In this document: positions 54,489 to 63,602 of the stretch, one piece after another
Position numbering within the stretch: the first letter of the stretch is position 1
Layout of the letters: each line of letters opens with the position of its first letter
Source: an uncultured Acidimicrobiia bacterium
GTDB lineage: Bacteria; Actinomycetota; Acidimicrobiia; Spongiisociales; JAENVV01
Assembly (NCBI GenBank): GCA_963698385.1
Contig: CAVOQP010000010.1
Span: forward strand, 529,518-593,517
DNA: 64,000 bases
Reading direction: 5' to 3'
Made by a program: the position numbers and the translations under genes
Notes under the pieces: model-generated
The model's database searches: none
Told to the model about the DNA's origin: nothing
The model's input: the letters and a program-made list of their open reading frames with translations, nothing else

Positions 54489-55739
54489 ATGAGCACCTCG
54501 GAGTACGAGCGCATCAGCCACGTGGTCAGGCGCCTCGGTATGGGCGGTCACGGACCGGCCGTCGGGCGACTCACCTCGGTCGAGGAGGCCATCGCCGACT
54601 CCCTCAGCCTGGATGGCGACGAGCCTTCCCTGCCCTCGTTTCCCGTTCCGCAGGACCTCGAGGAGGCCCGGAATCGGAACCTGCTGGGTCAGATCGTCTC
54701 GAGCTGGCTGGAGGCGATGCGCACTCCACAACGCCGAGTCGCCGAGCGGCTGACGTGGTTCTGGCACGACCATTTCGCGGTCTCGGCCAGGAAGGTCGGG
54801 GCCTACAACCTGCTTGCCAATCACCTCACCATGCTCAGGTCCCACGCCGTGGGACGGTTCGACGCACTGCTGAGGGCAACGGCGACCGACGGAGCGATGC
54901 TCATCTACCTCGACGGTGCCACGAACAGCGCCGGCCAGGTGAATGAGAACTACGCCCGGGAGGTCATGGAACTCCACACGATCGGGCTCGGTCAGTACGA
55001 CCAGGCCGACATCACCGAGGCGGCAAGGGCCCTCACCGGGTGGGTACTCGCAATACCCGGAGGACGACGACCCATCCCTGACGAGGTCGAGCCTTGGGCT
55101 TCGGTCTTCGCTCCGTTCCGCCACGACGCCGGCACCAAGACCATCCTGGGGGCGACCGGCAGCTTCGACCTCGAGGACCTCATCGACCTTCTCCTGGACC
55201 ACCCAGAAACCGCCCGACACGTCGCCGGCAAGCTCTACACCCACCTCGTCGGGTCACCTCCCGATGAGGCCACCACCACCCACCTCGCCTCGGTGTTCTC
55301 CGGGGACTGGGAGATCCTGCGGCTGGTCGAGGAGATCGTCGCTCACCCCGCCTTCACGGCAGACGAGTCCATCCGCAGCAAGGTGCGAACGCCAATCGAG
55401 CGAGCGCTCACGATCGCCCAGGGATTCCGACGTGCGGACGACCGACTTCCCGAGGACCTGCCTCTCGTCCTGGCCCGGCTCGGGTACGTCCCGCTCGCTC
55501 CCCCCAACCCGGCTGGCTTCCCCCCGGACAGCCTCCTCCTGGGGCCCTACCAACTCACCCACTCCCTCGACCTCCTGAACGTGGCCACCGAGGTGGATGC
55601 AATGGGGGTCGACGAAGTCCTCGCCGGCCTCGGCCTCTACGACGTCTCCCGCCCGACCCGGCTCACCCTCGAGCGGGCGGAGGACCCCGCAACGCTCATC
55701 GCTCTTGCTGCGTCGTCGCCCGAATTCGCATTGACCTGA
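54489..55739 (+). CDS. DUF1800 family protein
   Basis: Typical DUF1800/DUF1501 gene pair. WFWHDHF motif. Confidence 0.7.
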   Translation: MSTSEYERISHVVRRLGMGGHGPAVGRLTSVEEAIADSLSLDGDEPSLPSFPVPQDLEEARNRNLLGQIVSSWLEAMRTPQRRVAERLTWFWHDHFAVSARKVGAYNLLANHLTMLRSHAVGRFDALLRATATDGAMLIYLDGATNSAGQVNENYAREVMELHTIGLGQYDQADITEAARALTGWVLAIPGGRRPIPDEVEPWASVFAPFRHDAGTKTILGATGSFDLEDLIDLLLDHPETARHVAGKLYTHLVGSPPDEATTTHLASVFSGDWEILRLVEEIVAHPAFTADESIRSKVRTPIERALTIAQGFRRADDRLPEDLPLVLARLGYVPLAPPNPAGFPPDSLLLGPYQLTHSLDLLNVATEVDAMGVDEVLAGLGLYDVSRPTRLTLERAEDPATLIALAASSPEFALT

Positions 55740-55748
55740 GGAGCCGCA

Positions 55749-56996
55749 ATGGAATGCAGTCGCAGAACGTTCGTCCAGGGGCTGGGAATGTCCGTCATCG
55801 TCACGGCGTGCACCGGGGGCCGGATCTCGACATGGGGACCGGACACGACGACCGCAACCTCGACCACCGCTCCCTACGCCGGGTCGTTGGCGCGACCGAA
55901 CGGTCGGACCTTGGTGGTGCTCGAACTCGGAGGCGGGAACGACGGCCTGAACATGGTGGTCCCCCACGCCGACCCCGCGTACCGAACGCTTCGCCCCACG
56001 CTCGGTATCGACGACCCACTCGACCTCGACGGCTCGATCGGGCTCCATCCCGGGCTCCGCACCACCGCTGAGCGGTATCGGTCCGGCCAGGTGACGATCG
56101 TCGAAGGGATCGGATACCCGGATCCCGATCTCTCGCATTTCGAGTCCATGGACACGTGGTGGACCGCCGACGGAGGAACCAACGGAGTCGGCTGGCTGGG
56201 GCGGTACCTCGACGGGACGTTCGGGTTCGACTCCCCCACCGCCGCGGTTTCGATAGGGCCAGGCCCCTCCCGAGCCATGCTGGGTGCTGCCTCCTACACC
56301 GTCGCGATCCAAGGCGCTGACGGGCTTCAGCCCGAGACCCCGGCCTGGATCGATGACGTCGACGAACTCATCGGGGCGTGGTCCGGATTCGTCCCGGTCC
56401 TGGAAGGCGACCCGGGTCCGATCCGCGACGTTCGCAGGGCACTGACTGCCACCGTGGCCGCACGCTCGGAACTCGACGCGCTCCTCGGCTCACCTCAACG
56501 TTCCACCCGCAGGATCCTCCCGTCCTTCACCCAGCAACTCGACGTCGCTGCCACGCTGGCCACGTCCGACAACCCGCCCCAGGTCATGTTCCTCCACGGT
56601 GCCGGCGACTTCGACACGCACCGTGGCCAACAGGGTCGACACGGTGCTCTCATGTCGGAGATCGACAGTGCCATCGACTCCTTTCTCACCAGGGTCGAAG
56701 CGGCCGGGCGTCTCGATGACACCCTTCTCATGACGACCTCCGAGTTCGGCAGGCGCGCCAAGGAGAACGGGGACGGTACCGACCATGGGACGGCCGCTCC
56801 CCACTTGCTCATCAGCGGAGCAATCCGAGGCGGTCGGCTCGGGGAGGCACCCGACCTCACGGACCTCGACGCCAACGGCAACCTCCGTCACACGGTCGAC
56901 TTCCGCTCCCTCTACGCGTCGGTCCTCGACACCTGGCTCGAGGCCGACGCAGACGAGATCCTCCAAGGCACGTTCGAACGACTCCCCATCCTCTGA
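55749..56996 (+). CDS. DUF1501 family protein (Tat signal; sulfatase-like fold)
   Basis: RRTFVQGLG twin-arginine signal. Confidence 0.7.
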   Translation: MECSRRTFVQGLGMSVIVTACTGGRISTWGPDTTTATSTTAPYAGSLARPNGRTLVVLELGGGNDGLNMVVPHADPAYRTLRPTLGIDDPLDLDGSIGLHPGLRTTAERYRSGQVTIVEGIGYPDPDLSHFESMDTWWTADGGTNGVGWLGRYLDGTFGFDSPTAAVSIGPGPSRAMLGAASYTVAIQGADGLQPETPAWIDDVDELIGAWSGFVPVLEGDPGPIRDVRRALTATVAARSELDALLGSPQRSTRRILPSFTQQLDVAATLATSDNPPQVMFLHGAGDFDTHRGQQGRHGALMSEIDSAIDSFLTRVEAAGRLDDTLLMTTSEFGRRAKENGDGTDHGTAAPHLLISGAIRGGRLGEAPDLTDLDANGNLRHTVDFRSLYASVLDTWLEADADEILQGTFERLPIL

Positions 56997-57041
56997 ACGG
57001 CCTCCAGCCCGATACATCATCACCTCCGTACCATGTACGTC

Positions 57042-57551
57042 ATGAAGCGATTGCTGCTCCCACTGTTGGCCCTCACGCTCCTGGGGACCGCCTGCGATCG
57101 AGCATCCGACACGACCACCACCACGATGCCCTCGGCCGTGGTCACGACGTCGAGCACCGAGGCACCGGTCGAGACCATCGTCGCCGAGGACACCATCCCT
57201 GAGACCACGACCACCATCGCCTCGTCGGTGATCCACCTCGAGTACCAGGTCCGGTTCAAGGGGACCACCGACGGCAAGACCGTCGTCATCCTCCAGATCG
57301 ACGAGGGAACCGCGACCGACATCGCCCTCGAGTCACTCGCCCGTCAAGCAGTGGACGAGTTCGAGCCGCTCACCGAATTGTTCGTGGTCGACGCCGAGGA
57401 GGCGATAGAGCTCGTCCGCGTCGACCCCAGCTCACTCACCGATGAGGAAAAGAGCGTCCTCGCCCAGCATTGGCTCCTCCACGTCAAGGACGCCGTCCTC
57501 AGCTTCAAGGGGCCGTTCAGCGGCCTCGACGGTTTCATCCTCGGTAGCTGA
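57042..57551 (+). CDS. Hypothetical lipoprotein
   Basis: MKRLLLPLLALTLLGTAC lipobox. Confidence 0.5.
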   Translation: MKRLLLPLLALTLLGTACDRASDTTTTTMPSAVVTTSSTEAPVETIVAEDTIPETTTTIASSVIHLEYQVRFKGTTDGKTVVILQIDEGTATDIALESLARQAVDEFEPLTELFVVDAEEAIELVRVDPSSLTDEEKSVLAQHWLLHVKDAVLSFKGPFSGLDGFILGS

Positions 57552-57666
57552 CCGCGACCTAGCCTCGCGGTGGGCCGTCTGGGTCGATCCATCGCCATGA
57601 GAGGATCCCGAGGGGTCGTGGGATCCGCGGTACGAGCGAGCGGCCGATACCGAATAGGCTGCGCAC

Positions 57667-59331
57667 ATGTTCCTGCGTGTCGCCGGCGCCCAGCTCAACC
57701 TCACGGTCGGGGCACTCGAAGCCAACACCGACCGCATCCTCGAAGCCATGGCGTGGGCCGAGGACCAGCAGGCCGACATCCTGCTCCTCCCCGAGTTGGC
57801 CATCACCGGCTACCCGCCCGAGGACCTCGTCCTGCGTTCCGGGTTCCTGGCCCGGGCCCAGGCCTGCCTCGACCGGATCGCCGGGGCTTCCGGTCGTTGC
57901 ACGACCATCGTGGGCTATCCCCGGCGGCTCGACGCGGCCGAAGCCGAGCTCGACGCCCGGCAACGGGACTCGGCCAACTCCGCGGCCGCGGTTCGGGAGG
58001 GCCGCGTGCTCGTCACCTATGACAAGGTCCTGCTGCCGAACTACGGCGTGTTCGACGAGAGCCGCTACTTCGCGCAGGGCGACCACCCCGACCTCCTTGC
58101 CGAGGTATCCGGGACGCGGGTCGGCATCTCGGTGTGTGAGGACATCTGGCGTGAGGACGGGCCACCCACCCGCCAGGCAGAGGCTGGAGCCAAGCTCCTC
58201 CTCAACATCAACGCCTCCCCCTTCCACCACGGGAAGGCCCGCGAGCGGGAGCAGCTCCTGCGAAGCAGGGCACGTGGCACCGGGGTCCCCCTCGTATACC
58301 TCAACCTCGTCGGGGGCCAGGACGAGCTCGTTTTCGACGGATGCTCGGTGGTGATCGACCAGCAGGGCGAGCTCCTCCACCGCTCCCCCCAATTCGAGGA
58401 AGACCTCTTCATCGTGGACATCCCGATCCCCGACCTGGGCACGGAGGAGGCGGCTCCCGCCTCACGCTCGATCACCCCACTCATCGAGCATGAGGAGGAG
58501 GTATACCGGGCCCTCACCACCGGCTTGCGGGACTACGTCGTCAAGAACGGGTTCCCCGGGGTGGTCATCGGGCTCTCCGGCGGAATCGATTCGGCGCTGA
58601 CTGCCGCCGTGGCCGTCGACGCCCTCGGGCCCGACGCCGTCACCGGCATCACGATGCCGTCGCCCTACTCGTCCGGGGGCTCCGTGACCGACTCGGAAAG
58701 CCTCGCCCGCAACCTGGGCATCCGGCTCCACACGCTCCCTATCGCGGGCCCGTTCGCGTCACTCACCGAGACCCTGGCCCCGGTCTTCGGTGACCGCCCA
58801 ACCGGGGTGGCCGAGGAGAACGTCCAAGCCCGCATCCGAGGCTTGCTCCTCATGGCGGTCTCCAACAAGCTGGGCCCGATGGTGGTGACCACCGGGAACA
58901 AATCGGAGATGGCGGTCGGCTACGCCACGTTGTACGGGGACATGGCTGGCGGCTACTCGGTGCTGAAGGACGTCTTCAAGACCGAGGTCTTCCGCCTCGC
59001 CCGCTGGCGCAACCGCAACGGGGAGGTGATCCCGGAAGGCACCATCAACAAGCCTCCGTCTGCGGAGCTCCGCCCCGACCAGAAGGACTCCGACTCGCTC
59101 CCTCCCTATGACCTGCTCGACGCCATCCTCGAGCGATACGTCGAAGGTGACGAGTCCATCGGCGACATCGTTGCAGCCGGGTTCGACGCCGACATCGTCA
59201 GGGAAGTGACTCGCATGGTCGATCGCAACGAATACAAACGGCGGCAGGCGGCACCCGGCGTGAAGATCACCACCAAGGCCTTCGGCAAGGACAGGCGCTT
59301 GCCGATCACGAACAGGTACACCCCATCATGA
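57667..59331 (+). CDS. nadE: Glutamine-dependent NAD+ synthetase
   Basis: N-terminal nitrilase/CN-hydrolase domain and C-terminal GLSGGIDSALTAA PP-loop. Confidence 0.9.
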   Translation: MFLRVAGAQLNLTVGALEANTDRILEAMAWAEDQQADILLLPELAITGYPPEDLVLRSGFLARAQACLDRIAGASGRCTTIVGYPRRLDAAEAELDARQRDSANSAAAVREGRVLVTYDKVLLPNYGVFDESRYFAQGDHPDLLAEVSGTRVGISVCEDIWREDGPPTRQAEAGAKLLLNINASPFHHGKAREREQLLRSRARGTGVPLVYLNLVGGQDELVFDGCSVVIDQQGELLHRSPQFEEDLFIVDIPIPDLGTEEAAPASRSITPLIEHEEEVYRALTTGLRDYVVKNGFPGVVIGLSGGIDSALTAAVAVDALGPDAVTGITMPSPYSSGGSVTDSESLARNLGIRLHTLPIAGPFASLTETLAPVFGDRPTGVAEENVQARIRGLLLMAVSNKLGPMVVTTGNKSEMAVGYATLYGDMAGGYSVLKDVFKTEVFRLARWRNRNGEVIPEGTINKPPSAELRPDQKDSDSLPPYDLLDAILERYVEGDESIGDIVAAGFDADIVREVTRMVDRNEYKRRQAAPGVKITTKAFGKDRRLPITNRYTPS

Positions 59332-60173
59332 CCCCGGTGATCGTCATCGACGGGGTCGTCACCGACCTGGAATCGGCGGCCATCTCCGTCCTCGACCTCG
59401 CCGTCCTGCGAGGGATGGGAGTGTTCGAGGCGATGCGCTCGTACTCCGGGGTTCCGTTCGGCCTCGACCGGCACCTGGACCGGCTCGAACACTCGGCTGC
59501 CGCCAACCACACCCCCCTCGCCCCGCGGGCAGACATCGACACCTGGTGCCGTACCGTTGGGCGCCTCGGCGGTGATTCGATCGTCCGCCTCGTCAGCACC
59601 CCGGGATCACCCCTCGGTGCCCCACCCCGCACGGTCGTGGTTGCCGAGCCGATCCCACCCGTGCCCGACGCTTTCCGACTCCAGACGATGGTCGCACCGT
59701 GGCATCCTGCCGGCGCCGAATGGGCACTCGCCGGGGCCAAGACCCTGTCCTACGGCCCCAACCTCACCGCGACGAAGGTCGCCAAGGAAGCCGGCTTCGA
59801 CGACGCCTTCCTCCTCTCCCGAGACCGCATTGCCCTCGAGGGCCCCACGTCGTCGGTGGGTTGGGTCATCGGTGGTGTCCTCCACTTCCCCAGCCTCGAC
59901 CTCGGCGTGTTGGCCTCGGTGACCAGGATCGTGGTCGAGGAAGTGGCAGCCGAGCTGGGCATCCCAGTGGAGACGGGCGTCGACCACATCGACGTGGTCC
60001 TGGAAGCCGACGAGGTCCTCGTCATGTCGACGGTCAAGGAGGTCCGCCCGGTGATCGCGATCGACGACCGGGGTTTCGCCCCGGGGCCGGTGACCCGGGC
60101 CCTTGCCGCGGGGTTCAACGCCCGGGTTCGAGCCGAGGTCGCCGCGTACGCGCCCGACGCAGGCGGCTCCTAG
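59328..60173 (+). CDS. Class IV (PLP fold-type IV) aminotransferase / aminodeoxychorismate-lyase-like
   Basis: Fold-type IV layout. ATGA overlap with the nadE stop. Confidence 0.7.
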   Translation: MTPVIVIDGVVTDLESAAISVLDLAVLRGMGVFEAMRSYSGVPFGLDRHLDRLEHSAAANHTPLAPRADIDTWCRTVGRLGGDSIVRLVSTPGSPLGAPPRTVVVAEPIPPVPDAFRLQTMVAPWHPAGAEWALAGAKTLSYGPNLTATKVAKEAGFDDAFLLSRDRIALEGPTSSVGWVIGGVLHFPSLDLGVLASVTRIVVEEVAAELGIPVETGVDHIDVVLEADEVLVMSTVKEVRPVIAIDDRGFAPGPVTRALAAGFNARVRAEVAAYAPDAGGS

Positions 60174-60177
60174 GCGA

Positions 60178-61353
60178 ATGGACGCAACTACCCTCGGGGC
60201 CATGCTCCCCCACCTCGTAGCCGGGCTCGTCCCGTCCCTGATCGAGCTTCGTCGAGCGCTCCACCGGCACCCTGAGCTCGGCTTCAAGGAGTTCGAGACC
60301 ACCAAGCGCATCGTGGCGGCCCTGGACTCCCATGGCATTCCTGTCAACGTCCGCGAGTCCGGCGCGGGAGCCTGGATCGAACTGGGCGCTGGCGATCGTC
60401 TTGTTGCCTACCGGGCCGACATCGACGGCCTGCCTCTCGAGGAGGAGTCGGGCGTGTCCTTCGCCTCCGAGAACCCGGGCGTCATGCACGCCTGTGGGCA
60501 CGACGCCCACACCGCCATCGGGGTTGGGGTGGCTGCCGCCCTGGCCGGCATGGGTGAGTTGCCCGGGCGCGTCCGGATCATCTTCCAACCGGCAGAGGAG
60601 GTCTTCCCCGGGGGGGCAGAGGTCATGCTCGAGGAACACGTCCTCGAGGGTGTCGAGCGCATCATCGCCATGCACGTCGATCCTTCCCTCGAGACCGGTT
60701 GTATCGGCCTCAAGCCGGGTGCAATCACCTCGTCCTCCGACCGATTCACGATCACTCTCCGGGGCCCGGGCGGTCATACCTCCCGCCCGCACGAGTCGCC
60801 CGACACGGTCTTTGCCGCAGGGAAGATCATCACCGAGCTCGAGGGGTTGCTCTCGCGCCATATCGATGCTCGCACGCCACGAGCTGTCGTCTTCGGGGCG
60901 ATCCACGGGGGTGAGGCAGCCAATGTCATCCCGGCGTCGGTCCGGCTCACCGGTACCGTGCGGGTGGCCGGAATGGCCCTGTGGGATGAGATCGGGCCGC
61001 TGCTCACCGAATTGGTCCCCCAGATCGTCAGCCCGACCGGGGTCGAGGCCGAGATCGAATACGAGAAGGGACTCGGCCCGGTCAACAACGACCCAGACGT
61101 GGTGTGGGCCGTGGAGCATGCCGCCGTCAAGGTGCTTTCTCCCCATTCGGTCCTGAGCACCTACACCTCGATGGGTGCCGAGGACTTCTCCGTCTTCACC
61201 AATGCGGTTCCGGGTGCACTCATCCGTCTCGGCTGCAAGATCGACGGCCGACCTGCCAGGCTCCACTCAGCCCGCTTTGACCTCGACGAGGACGCCATCC
61301 GGGTGGGGACGCTCGTCGGCGCTGCCGCCGTGCTTCGCCTACTCGAGGACTGA
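60178..61353 (+). CDS. M20-family amidohydrolase (N-acyl-amino acid amidohydrolase / hippuricase-like)
   Basis: HACGHDAH metal-binding motif and GGEAANVIP. Confidence 0.8.
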   Translation: MDATTLGAMLPHLVAGLVPSLIELRRALHRHPELGFKEFETTKRIVAALDSHGIPVNVRESGAGAWIELGAGDRLVAYRADIDGLPLEEESGVSFASENPGVMHACGHDAHTAIGVGVAAALAGMGELPGRVRIIFQPAEEVFPGGAEVMLEEHVLEGVERIIAMHVDPSLETGCIGLKPGAITSSSDRFTITLRGPGGHTSRPHESPDTVFAAGKIITELEGLLSRHIDARTPRAVVFGAIHGGEAANVIPASVRLTGTVRVAGMALWDEIGPLLTELVPQIVSPTGVEAEIEYEKGLGPVNNDPDVVWAVEHAAVKVLSPHSVLSTYTSMGAEDFSVFTNAVPGALIRLGCKIDGRPARLHSARFDLDEDAIRVGTLVGAAAVLRLLED

Positions 61354-61388
61354 CCGGCCGGCCTTCTCGGCGGGTAGGACGGGCATCC

Positions 61389-62429
61389 GTGGCAGACTTC
61401 CCCACGCAAGTGATCATCATCATGCGTCCCCAGGCCCTGGAGTCCGAGATCGACGTTGTCGTTCAGCGACTCAAGGACCACGACTGCAACGCCCACGTGT
61501 CCCGCGGTACGACCCACACCGTGATCGGGGTGGTGGGCGACACACGGACCGTCTTCCAGGCAGCCGGGTGGGAGCGCCTGCCGGGTGTCGAAAAGGTGGT
61601 TCGGGTCATGGAGTCCTACAAGCTCGTTTCACGGAAGTTCCAGCCCGAGTCGACGATCATCACCGTGCGCGGGGTCTCGATCGGGGAAGGTTCCTTCACC
61701 GCTGTCGCCGGTCCCTGTGCCGTGGAGAGCCGAGACCAGCTCTTCCGGACCGCGGAAGCCGTGAAGCAGGCTGGTGCCCGCGTTCTCCGGGGTGACGCCT
61801 TCAAGCCCCGTACATCGCCCTACGCGTTCCAGGGCCTCGGCGAAGAGGGTCTCCAATACCTGGCCGAGGCGCGGGAGGAGTTCGACATGCCGTTCGTGGC
61901 CGAGGTGCTCGACCCTCGCGATGTCGAGCTCGTCGCCTCCTACGCCGACATCCTCCGGGTGGGGACCCGCAACATGGCCAACTACACCCTCCTCCAGGAG
62001 GTCGGGCAGACCAACAAACCAGTCCAGCTCAAGCGTGGATTCACGGCCACCATCGACGAGTGGCTCAACGCGGCGGAGTACATCTTCAAGTCGGGGAACC
62101 CCCAGATCATCATGGTGGAACGGGGCATTCGCACGTTCGAGACTGCGTCCCGCAACACCCTCGACATCACGGCCGTGCCCCTCCTCAAGCACATCTCACA
62201 CCTGCCGGTCATGGTGGATCCCTCCCATTCTGGGGGGCGGCGGGAACTGGTCGCTCCGCTGAGCAGGGCCGGGTTGGCGGCGGGCGCAGACGGGATCATG
62301 GTGGACGTCCATCCCGAGCCGGACTCCGCCAAGGTCGACGGCGCCCAGGCACTCCTCCCCGAGGAGTTCGCCGAGCTGATGGCGGTGCTGCGCAAGCTGG
62401 CAGCGGCGCTCGACGTCACCATGACATGA
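61389..62429 (+). CDS. 3-deoxy-7-phosphoheptulonate (DAHP) synthase, type I-beta, with N-terminal regulatory domain
   Basis: AGPCAVES...KPRTSPY motifs of the KDOPS/DAHPS I-beta family. Confidence 0.85.
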   Translation: MADFPTQVIIIMRPQALESEIDVVVQRLKDHDCNAHVSRGTTHTVIGVVGDTRTVFQAAGWERLPGVEKVVRVMESYKLVSRKFQPESTIITVRGVSIGEGSFTAVAGPCAVESRDQLFRTAEAVKQAGARVLRGDAFKPRTSPYAFQGLGEEGLQYLAEAREEFDMPFVAEVLDPRDVELVASYADILRVGTRNMANYTLLQEVGQTNKPVQLKRGFTATIDEWLNAAEYIFKSGNPQIIMVERGIRTFETASRNTLDITAVPLLKHISHLPVMVDPSHSGGRRELVAPLSRAGLAAGADGIMVDVHPEPDSAKVDGAQALLPEEFAELMAVLRKLAAALDVTMT

Positions 62430-63445
62430 GCCAGGTCGCCATCCTCGGGACCGGCCTCATCGGGGCGTCGATCGGGATGGCCCTGCGCACCCTCCAGCAT
62501 CGAGTGATCGGATGGGATTCGTCAGCCGACGAGGCGTCCGAGGCACTCCTCAAGGGAGCGATCGACCGCATCGCCACCGACAGGTCCGACGCCATCGCCG
62601 GCGCGGACCTCATCGTTCTCGCCGCACCACCGGACGCCATCATCGCCCACTTGGCGGACCTCCAGACCGACGCACTGGTCATCGACGTGGCCGGCGTCAA
62701 GCAGCCCGTTGTCGAGGCTGCAGGCCGGCTTCCCCGCTTCGTCGGAACCCACCCCATGGCCGGGCGGGAGCACGGCGGGGCTCGCCACGCTTCGCCGACC
62801 CTCTTCCGGGGGGCGATGTGGATCATCACGTCTGATCGGGCCACCGAGGCCGACGTTCGAGAGGTGGAGAAGCTCCTCGACCGCATCGGGGCCGTGCCCA
62901 TCGTGATGACTGCCGACGAGCACGACCAGGCCGTCGCCGCCATCAGCCACGTCCCCCAGTCGCTTGCCGTCGCCCTCATCCAACACGCCGCCGAGGACCC
63001 GACCCGCCTCCTTCTCGCCTCTGGCAGCTTTCGCGACCTCACCCGGGTGGCCCTGTCGGGCGAGGGCATGTGGACCGAGATCCTCACCGCCAACAGCCCC
63101 ACCGTCGCCGCGCAGTTGCGTCAGCTGTCAGGTCGAATCGAGGCGTTCGCCGGCCTCATCGAGGGAGGGGACCGGGAGGCGATCACCGACCTGCTCTCCG
63201 AGGCCCGACGACAACGACAGGGCATGGCACCGCCGATGGTGAGCGTCGCCATCATCCTCGAGGATCGCCCCGGGGAGTTGGCCAGGGTCGGCGAGGCATT
63301 CGCCACCTCGCACGTCGACGTCCGGGACCTCCAACTCCGTCACGGACGGCATGGGGGCGGCGGTGTGCTCACGATCTCGGTGCGCCCCGGGGAGGCCGAA
63401 CTCCTCCGGGACGCCCTCCGCAGCCAGGGCTTCGAGCTCGCGTAG
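62426..63445 (+). CDS. tyrA: Prephenate dehydrogenase with C-terminal ACT domain
   Basis: VAILGTGLIGASIG Rossmann fold, HPMAG motif. ATGA overlap with the upstream stop. Confidence 0.85.
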   Translation: MSQVAILGTGLIGASIGMALRTLQHRVIGWDSSADEASEALLKGAIDRIATDRSDAIAGADLIVLAAPPDAIIAHLADLQTDALVIDVAGVKQPVVEAAGRLPRFVGTHPMAGREHGGARHASPTLFRGAMWIITSDRATEADVREVEKLLDRIGAVPIVMTADEHDQAVAAISHVPQSLAVALIQHAAEDPTRLLLASGSFRDLTRVALSGEGMWTEILTANSPTVAAQLRQLSGRIEAFAGLIEGGDREAITDLLSEARRQRQGMAPPMVSVAIILEDRPGELARVGEAFATSHVDVRDLQLRHGRHGGGGVLTISVRPGEAELLRDALRSQGFELA

Positions 63446-63468
63446 CCAGCGCCCGCTTCTACCCGTGA

Positions 63469-63585
63469 CGTGGGACTCGGGACTCGGGACTCGGGACTTG
63501 CTCGGGACCAGGGACTCGGGACTCGGGACTCGCTCGGGACTCGGGACTCGGGACTCGCTCGGGACTCGGGACTTGCCCAGGACTC
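63469..63585. repeat. Tandem heptamer array (GGGACTC) x about 14, with higher-order 25-mer periodicity (GGGACTC x3 + GCTC)
   Basis: GGGACTCGGGACTCGGGACTCGGGACTTGCTCGGGACCAGGGACTCGGGACTCGGGACTCGCTC... Confidence 0.8.
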
Positions 63586-63602
63586 CGTAGGATCGCGCCA
63601 TG
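63586..63602 (+). promoter_or_regulatory. Leaderless-promoter-like motif CGTAGGATCGCGCCATG
   Basis: 15/17 identical to the 6443 and 18543 motifs. TAGGAT is 6 nt from the ATG. Confidence 0.4.

Noticed and set aside
25977-63585. Heptamer arrays considered as CRISPR
   Set aside because: The repeat unit is 7 nt with no unique spacers of 25-40 nt. This is simple tandem satellite-like DNA, not a CRISPR array.
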